Positions 12,914-23,327 of a stretch of DNA of 64,000 nt are shown piece after piece. The stretch covers positions 13,081,375 to 13,145,374 of the forward strand of contig OZ316897.1 in NCBI GenBank assembly GCA_973895155.1, given 5' to 3'. Source of the stretch: Marsupella aquatica (taxonomy: Eukaryota > Plantae > Marchantiophyta). Each line of letters opens with the position of its first letter. Position 1 is the first letter of the stretch. The notes under the pieces were generated by a model, which was not told the origin of the DNA, searched no databases, and was given only the letters and a program-made list of their open reading frames with translations. The position numbers and the translations under genes were made by a program.

Positions 12914-13779
12914 TTACTCCGGCGTCTCCTTCTTCACAGCTCCTGGGGGGTCGATCTTCAGGAAGAAAAAAGGATCGGAAGGCTCCTCCCTGCCGTGACA
13001 ATCGAAACAAATTATAACTTTTGCAAATTCAATTCTACTTCATTGCCGTAGCATCAGCTCACAGCAATGCCAATTCACGTTCAGGAGGAACACAAAGACG
13101 GACCTCGGCTACACAGCTGAATCAAAACGCCAAATGCTTACCCTGGATTTGACTGTAAGCACTGATAAAATAATCTCGCCGGGCCAGGCAGATTCTTCCT
13201 CGGATTTCCTTCAAATAACGCCTGAAAACCAATGCAACCATAATTCCTCGAGATCATTGCCCATACAACCTGGCTAGATAGTCTCACTCATCTCCCACCT
13301 AAACTTCACTAAACCTCGAATTAGGGTTTCGTCCGTCTCTCCGAGATCAGCCTCACTAATTCTCCTCGCGAGCCAACATCGCTTCAAAATAAAGATGCTT
13401 CTATCAGACTGTAAAAGGAATTCTCCATAATCACGATGTGAAGTCACACCAGCTGCTAAAGAGCACTCAAACAGTGATAAGCGGAATCCAAAGAGTGGAA
13501 CGGACATCTACCCAGCTGAGGCAGAAGGAGAAATGAGGCAGGTGAGCATGGCACCTGAATCACGTCCTCGAGGCGATCGTTGCATCGATGGGGCCGAGCC
13601 ACTTTGCCTTCGGGGTTAGAATAAAACTTGCTTTCTATTTCCTGTTTCTGTTGTTGTTGTTCTTGTTCTTGCTCGGGAATTTCCGGGCGAATGCGAGGGC
13701 TGCTACTCTCCTCCCGCTGCTGTGGTTGTTGGGGCCTCGTCGTTTGTTCAAATCCCGGTGCCACATTCCTGCTCTCCAT
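12914..13779 (-). CDS. Conserved plant protein of unknown function, 126 aa; join(13555-13779, 13142-13221, 12914-12989)
   Basis: Three exons with in-phase GT-AG sites give ...HRCNDRLEDVIQ/ALFEGNPRKNLPGPARLFYQCLQSNPG/EEPSDPFFFLKIDPPG...; resembles from memory a land-plant family with an LFEGNP..VPGPF.LF..C..S.PGEEP motif. Confidence 0.8.
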
Positions 13780-14029
13780 CGCACCACTCCTCCTCCTGCA
13801 TCAGCCGATTGATTGCTTTCATTTGCTCGACCTCTTCCGATGCGCTTGCTTGCCCTGCTCAAATTTTATTAATCTGCGAGTTCGCTCAACATTTCAGACT
13901 GAACCCTAACGCGAAGTAAGATATGCTCCATTTTGCTGCAAGCAATTTAGTTTCGTAAACACTTTTGTGAGTTGTGCATTAATTATTTTCCATACAGCCT
14001 CCTTTCCTGGAGTGGATTATGCCATCATA

Positions 14030-14157
14030 AATAAATGAAGGAGAGGTACAACCCCAAATACAATTGAGTATAAGTGGCTCCCAGGAACACACCAATAAAT
14101 GAAGGAGAGGTACAACCCCAAATACAATTGAGTATAAGTGGCTCCCAGGAACACACC
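14030..14157. repeat. 64-bp perfect tandem duplication in upstream region of the 126-aa gene
   Basis: AATAAATGAAGGAGAGGTACAACCCCAAATACAATTGAGTATAAGTGGCTCCCAGGAACACACC x2. Confidence 0.9.
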
Positions 14158-15493
14158 CCAAGCCTGGAGTTATGCTCTTCATCATAAGTGCATGTTGTAT
14201 TTTCCAATAAGTGCTTATGAAGTCACTTATGCATTTTCACAAATGTCTTGTCAGGTCATATGCATCTATTTCTCATACCCAGAATACTTGTAGTGCACAA
14301 TTCAAGTGGATAAGTGCATGAAACTACAATGTGTAGTTGTCTGGTACACTTATCAATAAATGTTTCTAACATATGTGTTGCCGTCATTGATTAATGTATT
14401 TGTACTCTTATATCTTATAGATGGAAAATGCCCTTATGTATTTGTCTTTTAGTGATAACTAACCTACACTTACAGACACTGCATTTTTTGATGCATTTAC
14501 AAAGGAATCTGCTGTATTATTGAGGGACTACACAACCACCCTGTAGTTACCCAAGGAATGCACTTATACATGCTACACTTATCCATGGTACACTATATAG
14601 TTTTGCCATATACAACAAAATATAATAAATGACAAGTTCCCCAAGGTAACCAAGGGAGCTATATACGGAAATTGTGGCATTTTTGTAAATACAACAAAAA
14701 CCGTGACAGTATTATAAATTCAAACATCTTTAGTGGTAATGTACTTAAAAGCTGAAAGAGATCATTCAAAATTAGGTTTGTCTCCATTGGGGTTCTGCGG
14801 GGGGTTCTGTTAGTCTATCCAAGCACTGTGTTGAACCTTTGTGTCTGTCCAAGCTAGTCTTTCCAACAATTAAAGTGCAACAAGAAAAAGGGACAAGCAA
14901 CCCTAACCAGAGAAGAAGTGATTTCGAGTTAGATTGAGAGTGGATTTCTGGATAGAAATGCCTACAAACTTGCTGGCACTACTCCACTGTCCCCTTTACA
15001 AGGAAATTGCTTGCACTTATATCCTGGTCTCTAGCTTCCCAACAAATCCACTAGTTCCAAGAGATCCCCCAGGTGTCTCAAACTTTGTGTTCAAGAAAGG
15101 TAGACTGTTGATTATAGGTCTCAAGTGAAGCCTCTAAAGACCATGACTATAGGGCACAACTACAATTGGGGGTGAAACCAAAAGTAGCACAATTAAAGGT
15201 AGTCACCATGGTCTCTTAACATCAAAGCTTGGGCAGTCAGATTAGTTTTAATAATTACAAGCCTGGCTGCCCATTCTTTGAACATAAATAGAGGTGAAAC
15301 AATAAAACCTTGCAACAAAATAGATTCCCTATTGTCAACTGTTCTCTTTCAAATGTTTTCCAATTTTCTCTCAATCCCCCCTTTTAATTTGCGCCCCGCC
15401 CTCAGTTATACCCCCCAGATTTAGGGTCTAAAGGTTTCGCTGTAGACTGTAAGCCCTAAGAGCAACCTTAAAATGCGTTTATATGATTGTTAG

Positions 15494-16300
15494 ACTAGCT
15501 CAATATCCATGCGTTGCATAGAAGATGTAGTTGCGCAAAAGATGTCATTGGGTAAAAGAAGAGCATTCTCTTCCACCAGACCCCACTTAAGCCATTTTTA
15601 ATTTATATAATGATACCCAATAGATTTTATGAGCATGTTTTCAGTTTTAGGCAGTACTTTCAATCGCTTTAAAGTTCCATTGTGAGTCATTGATTGATAG
15701 AGGCAAACAACGCAGACACGTAGTCCTGTCTACTCCCGCACCATTTGCTTCCCAGTTCTTTCTTAGCACAACAAATGCCAATTTTTGTAAGCAATCTTGG
15801 TGGGACTATTTGTTATAGCTTTTATGGACTACTAGCCCAATGCCTTGCATTGCATAAAAGATGTTGAGGTGAGGAATATATGTTGAGGTGAAAAAAATGT
15901 AGATGAGAGAAAAAAATGTCAAGGTGAGAGAAAGAAATCAAGGTGAAAAAAAAGATGTCAAGGAGAGAAAGGATGGTGAGGTGAGAAAAAGATGTAAAGA
16001 TGAGGAAAATATATCAATGAGAGAAAAGATGTTGTGGGTGAGGGAAAGATGTCATGGTGACATAACAATGTCAAGGCGAGAAAAAATAAGATATGGAGGT
16101 GAGAAAAGATGTCAAGTAAGGTGAGCAAAGATCTCAAGGAGAGGAAAAGAAGTTGAGGAGAAACAGATGTTAAGAGAAAAACAATGTCATGGGGGAGAAA
16201 AAATATCGCGGTGAAATAAAGATATCAATGTGAGAATAAAATGTCTAGATGAAAAAAATATATATCACAGCAACTAAGGTAAAGATGTTGAGGAGAGCTT
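15494..16300 (-). mobile_element. Two degenerate Helitron-like 3' termini followed by a ~19-bp purine-rich minisatellite
   Basis: Minus strand ...TATGCAACGCATGGATATTGAGCTAG|T (15494) and ...GCAATGCAAGGCATTGGGCTAG|T (15831) resemble the hairpin+CTAG Helitron end; GAAAAAGATGTCAAGGTGA-like units 15855-16290; related copy at ~61713. Confidence 0.5.
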
Positions 16301-17729
16301 GGATGTTTGGAGAGTTTGGATGTTTGTGGACACAAGTTGAGGAGAGTTTGGGCACACGAGATAGGGGGTCACCGCATCATAGAGTCCAAGCACAACTGAG
16401 TGACAGGAAAATAAAATAAAATAAAATTTGATTTTTTTATATAAATAATATGTTTTCTACATTTTATTTATATTCAAAAGGATTTTGTCCAATTTTTAAA
16501 ATTTAAGTATTTTTAATTAAGTTTTTTACCTCGGGCAGGTGTAAGCAGGGTAAAGGGCAACTTGGGCAGACATTTATTTCAGATGGGGTGTATGGACAGA
16601 TCTGATGGTAAAAAATATATATTTTTAGGAGGGGTCAGGATTGGTTCTCGCTTTTTTATGAATTTGTCCAGGAATTTGTACACGGAAGATCCCACCTTTT
16701 TGTCTGGACAAGGTATTTGAGTCGTAGATTTCCTATATATTCATTTAATTTTTAATTTTTGTTCTATGTGAACCCGGAAAGGAACCCCGCCAGAACCTAA
16801 TCACTGGCCAGTCTTTAGGAGTTTGTTGCTCTGACTATAGTCTCTAAATTACTTGATTAGTTACCTCCTTCTTCCCTGGTACCAGCCTCCCCGGTCTTAG
16901 CGCTTTGACCTTCAGTCCTTTGGGCTGGTGTCCCTTTTTGGGCCCCCTGTTTTGTATGTTGGCATTTTGAATGGAACTCAATGGGTTCTTTTGAGGCAAA
17001 ATAGGTAAATTAGTAAATAAAAATGCTGAGGTGAAATGTGTCCTTGCTGGGCTAATGAATCTGGAAACTGCTTCGAAAGGACTTTGATTGTACAAAATCT
17101 TGACTACACACTCTGGACAGAAACAACCCTCAACTCTTGATTGAAGAAAGCGTGAAATGGATTGAGTTGTTACGTCTAATTAACAGTGACTCTATGCATG
17201 GATTTTTGAGAAATTATGTTAATAAAATGTGAGAACATTCAGACAAGGGAGGAACCAAATCAAGTTACAATGCAGCTCAAAACTTACTCAATTGGATTGG
17301 AACGAAAGAAGTTGCTCGAGTGGAAGTTAAGGAGTATTAAGAGCATCCCCACCGGACGCAGCAAGCACCTGCCCGGTGAGGGTTTTACAGCAAGGAAGAT
17401 TGTGGGAGGGGGTATTTTCATCCCCACTGGGACACGGCTTTTTTAAAAACACCATCCCGTCTCGCCAAAATAGACCTCCCGCGCGGCATTCTGCCGCGCA
17501 CTACCCCTTCCCGCTCAAACACTCCATTTGAATCGCACGGAGGAGAGTTGTGGATCTGGGAAGAAATGGACGGCTCTACATTCACTAGGGGGGCGCCATC
17601 CTCGTGGTGGAACTGGAGGACTATCGACAAACACTATTCAACTGTGTTGCTACAGGTACGTGTGTTGTGCAGAAATTGCACGATCCACATCCCGCGGCAT
17701 GTTCCCCTCGTGAAGCAGAGACAGCAACA

Positions 17730-18914
17730 ATGGCAGACGCAACCAAAGCAAGAGGCAGCAATTTCTCATCTGCAGAGTTGAAGCAATTGGTTTGTTCATG
17801 GATGCATGTCTCGCAAGACCCAATCATCGGATCTGGGCAAAAGAATGGAGCGTTTTGGGATCGAACAACAATCCACTACAACGACAATCGACCAAAGGAC
17901 ACATAGAAGAGGAACTGTCGATCTCTGGAGAGCAAGTGGAGCGACTTGAAACACGACGTTGCCAAGTTTTCAGGGTCGTATGCATCTGTAGTTGATGCTC
18001 GTCATTCCGGTGAGAACGAGGAAGATACTGTGGCCAGGGCAAAGGAGTTGTATGTGACAAAGCATCCAAAGGCAAAGGATTTCAGCTACCTTGACCAATG
18101 GTATTTGTTGAAAGATTGTCCTAGATTTGCAATGACTATGGATGAAATGAAGCAAAAAGCTGCACAAAAGAAGGCGAGGAAGCAAAAGGAAAAGGGAAAG
18201 GGCTTCCCTGATGACAAAGAGAATGAGTCTCCAGATGCTGAGTGTGGTGGAGAGCAGGTTGAGAATGAGCAAGGCCAAAGACAGAGCACTGGAGAGCTTG
18301 ATCAAGAGAGTACCCATTTTGGTGAGTTGAGGCCACTAGGGAATAAGAATGCAAAGAAGCAGAAAGTTGATGGATGCAGCTCACGAATGGCAGCCTATGC
18401 ACAAAGAGATATGGCAGAAATCAGTGCTAGGCGATTGAAGCTTGCAGAATCGCAAGATAGGCAGAATTTATTCACACTTAGGCTCTGTGACATTGATGAG
18501 GACTGTCGGGAGTACTTCATCAAGAGTAGACAGAAGGAAATGAGAATTGCCGTGTTGAAGCTGTAGAGGGGGGAGGAGGAAGAAGAGCGAGCTGCAGCTC
18601 GAGCTCTTGAGGCAGCTTCCAGGCGAGCTGCAACCCAAACCCCTATACCAACTCCGGTTGTAGCACCTCATTCCCCCCCAGGTGATGTTGGTGTAGATAA
18701 TGCCCCTCAGGAGAGTGCTCCTGAAAATGTACAAGGGCACAACATTCCCATGAGGATACCTATAGAGAATCCACCTTTGAATTTCAGTAACTGGAATTCA
18801 TCCCAGGGTGCAACACCATATGTACCTGATACCCCATCAGCAAATCCACAGGCTTCCTATGGATTTAGATCTATGCTTGCAGAAATTGACCGTGACCTAG
18901 CACAAAATCCGTAG
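17730..18914 (+). pseudogene. Harbinger ORF1, Myb/SANT-like DNA-binding protein with NAM-associated-type C-terminus
   Basis: RGSNFSSAELKQLVCSWMHVSQDPIIGSGQKNGAFWDR...SLESKWSDLKHDVAKFSG...RPLGNKNAKK; one frame with in-frame TAG at 17904 and 18564. Confidence 0.85.
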
Positions 18915-19893
18915 TCCCTTTGGCTCGGGGGTTTCACTTCCACAAAAATGGCATATCATGTGTGACGAAGGATAGGGTCATTTTATTGGTTCTAAGGGAA
19001 GACTTAAGAATTTTTGTAGAAGAACAATAGGGTCTTTTAAATTCAATTTTGAGACTTATAAGAACATTAGGGTCTTTTTAATCCAATTTTTAGAATATTC
19101 CAAGAATATTCCAACTTTATAGGGGTTAAAAAATAAAAAATAAATTCTTACATTTAGGGGGTCCGAGGCCTAAAAACGTCGCAGGCGATGGGGAGGTCCC
19201 CATATAATGAGACCCCCGAGCCCTTTGGCTGAACCTACAGCACAATTTGTAATTGCCTCTTGAGATTGAGGATGTGCAATTGAGAATGAGTTCACATTTT
19301 ATTTGCGTACTCAATTATTAGACTTTGATGTCCATATGAATTTTACTATCCAATTGCAATTGTCTAATTTGAGTTTGTACATCATTGTAATGGCATCTTT
19401 TTTGACTCAATCATGAATTCAGTTGGTATAATTTTTTACAAAATTCCAGTTGTGATCACGAGCAAGGGCAAGGGAAAGATGCACCATTGCATCACCCTCG
19501 CTAGTACTGACAAGTCGCTTTGGTAATACCCCCAGTACTGTGTATGTTTCCGAGGGCATTTAATGAGTACAGGCAAGTCACATCAGCCGAGACAAGTTTG
19601 CGTGTGTACATTCAGAGCACCTTCAGAAGGCATGAGTCTGGCATTGGAATTGTCTCGGTCCTTTTTGTGTATTCATTGGCACAACTTTCAACCTGCCTAC
19701 CATGAAGTTCATCGGTTATGGGCCGTGGCAGATTGGCTCTAGAAATGATTCGGGAGCTGAGTCCTCTCTCTCATTCTTCCTACACGCCTTTCTTTGTTGC
19801 ACAGTCATCAGGCTATCTTTTCCATCGAGCTTTGTTGTGCACAAGATTGCATTTGTGGGGCTGGGCAATCGAAGCAACTTTTCAATCTGCACA

Positions 19894-20160
19894 ATGCCTC
19901 TGAAGCAAGTGACAATGGCCGAAAAGGTCCTGACCATGGCTCCAACCGGGCAGGCAACCCACGAGCAGTAGCAAGAGGACCCCTCCTCAGCCAATGCAAA
20001 CATCATGCCGGTTCTGGCTGATGCTCCAGAGGAGCCTTTTCCTGATGAGGACCCGGTTGTAATTGATAATGAGCGAAGGAGAGTGGATAGGATCATGCGA
20101 ATGATCCAGCACCCGGAAGAGGAAGAGGCTGCAACATGGAAGAAGCACGGATGCGAATAG
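19894..20160 (+). pseudogene. Candidate third small ORF (88 aa, acidic) inside the Harbinger element
   Basis: MPLKQVTMAEKVLTMAPTGQATHEQ*QEDPSSANANIMPVLADAPEEPFPDEDPVVIDNERRRVDRIMRMIQHPEEEEAATWKKHGCE*, one internal TAG at 19969. Confidence 0.4.
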
Positions 20161-20269
20161 ATTTTCCGGTTGCATTTGCAAAACAGATTTGATGCCATCA
20201 AATCACATTTTATTATAGACAAAGCATACTGTGAAAATGAAAAAAACTAGGTATCACAAGTCTTGATTT

Positions 20270-21597
20270 CCCATAGTCAAAATGGTGGCCCTGTCCTTTT
20301 AGGGACCTAAGGTGTGCTACCAGGTTATTTCTCAACGAAAAATGAGTTTCAGAATCTTCAATGGCTCGTGTAGCAGCTAAGTACTCTGCCCAATCCTACC
20401 TACCAAGGTCTTTTCTAGCTTGAGCTCTAGCTCTGTCTGAGAAGTCCCAATCGGCAGGCAATCTATCACCTCTCTCATCCTCCACAATCATGTTATGTAA
20501 AATGACACAAGCCAAAAGGATGTCCTTGATTTCATGTTGATAGTGCATTCAAACTGGGTTCTTCACAATTGCAAATCGTTGATGCAAAACACCAAAAGCC
20601 CTCTCAACATCCTTTCGGGCCCCCTCTTGGCACTTGGCAAACCACTTTCTAGCATTTCCTTGTGGCAATTGAATAGTTTTAATGAAGATGGACCAGTCTG
20701 GATAAATGCCATCACAGAGCAAATAATACCGACCATAGTGGCGATCATTCAGAGTAAAACCAACCTCATCAGCTTCACTTCTCAAGAAATTGTTGACCAG
20801 AGGGGAACGATCCAGCACATTCAAGTCATTATTTCCACCAGGCAAGCCAAAGTAGGCATACCAAATCTAGAGGGATTGATCTGCTATGGCCTCCAGAACA
20901 ATGGATTTCTCTCCGTCCTTGTTGGTGAAGAGCCCTTGCCAAGCCACGGGACAATTCTTCCACTCATAGTGCATACAATCCAGAGATGCAAACATGCCAG
21001 GGAAACCACTTTGTTCATTGATTTGTAATTGATTGATGATGTCCTCCTTGGTGGGCTGTCTGAGGTACTCCTCCTCATAGTGCTCTCTGACAGCAGAGCA
21101 AAATCACTTCAAGCATTTCATGGCAGTGCTCTCTCCAATCCGCACATATTCATCAAGGGCATCAGCAGAGACACCTATTGAAAGCATCCTTAAGGCAACA
21201 GTCAATTTTTGGATTGAAGATAATCCAAGAATTCCCGCAGCATCTCATTTTTGGATGAAATACGGATCGACCTTGCACACAACATCATGAATTCTCCAAA
21301 AGAGAGGTCTTCTCATTCTATACCTTCTTCTGAAATGTCTGTCAGTGTAGACTGGAGAGTGACCAGCAAAATAATCCTTCCAAATTCGCTCATGGCCTTG
21401 TGCTCTGTCTCGATCACTGTTCCTTCACTTTCCTGGCCACCTCGCTTCCTGGGGCCCTGTTCATAGTTGTTAATGGCGGACCCTGCCACCACAACACTCT
21501 CCCACCATGTTTGCTCCTCATCATCCCATTCTTGATAAGCTTGCTCGATCTGCCTCTTCAATTTTGCTCTCCATTTGATGAGTCGCTCAGATGCCAT
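20270..21597 (-). pseudogene. Harbinger/PIF DDE transposase (plant transposon protein, DDE_Tnp_4-like)
   Basis: FRRRYRM, GFPGMFASLDCMHYEWKNCP, PGGNNDLNVLDRSP, YYLLCDGIYPDW, RKDVERAFGVL, ACVILHNMIVEDE; stops at 21245, 21104, 20867, 20549, 20396 and a frameshift near 21440; 3' end approximate. Confidence 0.92.
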
Positions 21598-23327
21598 GCT
21601 TCCAAGCTTCCAAGTCTGTTCAATTCGCTTTCGAATCACTCAAAAAAATATTTTGCAATGCATCGACGCTCACCTCAATTCTTTCATTGCGCCTTGCAAA
21701 TGAAGCGCCCATTCGCTTGACAATCCACGGTGTTCGATTTGAATTGCAGAGCTTCAAATGCTCCTAGACACCTTTGCGCGTCCGAAGCAATTCTAGCCAG
21801 CAGATGGTGGGACTGTAGTTGTCTGGACTGTAGTTGTCTGGACCGGATCATAGTCGCTCCGTTTGCCGGTGGTAGAATAACGAGACCGGTGGGGTATCTT
21901 ATTGGTGGGTACACACCAATTGGGCCCCGCACGCCACTAAAGCTGCCAAAAAGCCCTTATACCGTGTCCAGGACACCGAGTCCGGTGGGGATGCTCTAAG
22001 AAGTATCTAGGACCTGAGTACTAGCGCTGGCAGGAGATGCTATGTCTTTACCAGATGCAATGGACAGAGTACCGGCTGGGACTAAAGGAATATAGGATGT
22101 AGCCGGTGCCCACCAGTTTGCAAGTCACATTTCAGTGAGGACCATAAATAACGTCATCATAGTTAAAGTTAGCAAAACATTGAGGTCCATCCAGGTTGTG
22201 AGAATCCATCGGAGTATTTCATCAAAGGTCCATTGGGGCTTAATTATAATAATGTTAGATAAATAAATAAATAAATGTTTTGTGCAAACCAATATAGGAA
22301 TACAGAACTCACGTAGTGTAAACCACATGTAACTGCAATATCCCGGCTTCGGAGTGTGCACTTAGGAAGTGTAGACTTTATACCATAGTGAGAACCCTTG
22401 GAAACTATGGATTACCCAATAACAAATACTCTTAGAACCGAGAGGTCCCAGATTCAATCCTCCCTCCACACGCAAGGGGTGTGGAGGGTATATGTGTGTG
22501 TCTGGGTGTACTCTAATGGTGTGAGTATTGATTTATCTCCTCAGTCCCTGGCTGGTCAGCTTTGGGGCTCTGCTTTAATCTTCTTTCCTTCTTGGTTTGT
22601 TCTGGTCCATGTGGGATCAGGAGGTATTTGTCCCCTTGTGGCTACCCTACATAGAATTCCATGACTGGACGTACATTTATCCTCCATTGGATGGGTTTGC
22701 TTTCGGCTTTAGGGGGGAAAAAACGAACCCTTGGAAACCGAAAGACAGTCGATGAGTGGATGATTTCGCTGCTCTGCTAATTTGCTTGTAGGGTTTTGGG
22801 TTTTTAGCACCATTTCGTTTGATACACCATTGGGGCTGCGTCAGAAGATTGGTGGAACCTCGGCAACTCTCCCGCTGTTCCATTGTGGAAGAAAATCGAG
22901 CTGCGGTTTGATGCATTTGCTGGAAGGGAGGATGTTTGTTCGGATGCCTCTTGTACGATACTGATGTGAACAACAGGTTACAGGTCAGGGTTGTTTGTCC
23001 ATCTGCTGTACCTTCTTCAGTGGTTCGGTACGAGTTCGCTGTGGTGTAGTTCTGATAGAGAGATCGGTGGCACTTCTATGTAACTAAGTTGATGATGATC
23101 TCACTGTGGTCCTGCTGCTGAGCTCGCACGAGTCCTGCTCTTTGAAATGACGACGAGCGGAGGTGCGGTAGCGGAAGCAGAGAACAACGCTACCGTAGAA
23201 TGAGGCAGCAATGTTCTTCACGTAGTGTGCTCGTGGCACTTTACGGTGCGGGATGAGGGTAATGGTGGACGAGAGGCGGTCCAGTTCACATCCTGCAGAC
23301 GTTGATGTGCTGTAGCAGGCCGGGAAA

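Larger units (their letters stand above)
17341..21996. mobile_element. Complete PIF/Harbinger DNA transposon (4656 bp), inactivated
   Basis: 17-bp TIRs GAGCATCCCCACCGGAC (17341-17357) / GTCCGGTGGGGATGCTC (21980-21996), TAA TSD at 17338-40 and 21997-99; encodes Myb/SANT-like ORF1 and DDE transposase tail-to-tail. Confidence 0.95.

Noticed and set aside
15903-16124. Lys/Arg/Glu-rich 73-aa ORF
   Set aside because: Translation of a purine-rich minisatellite
22430-22490. B-box-like AGGTCCCAGATTCAATCC plus 10-bp hairpin
   Set aside because: No cloverleaf or A-box; at most a decayed SINE, not a tRNA gene
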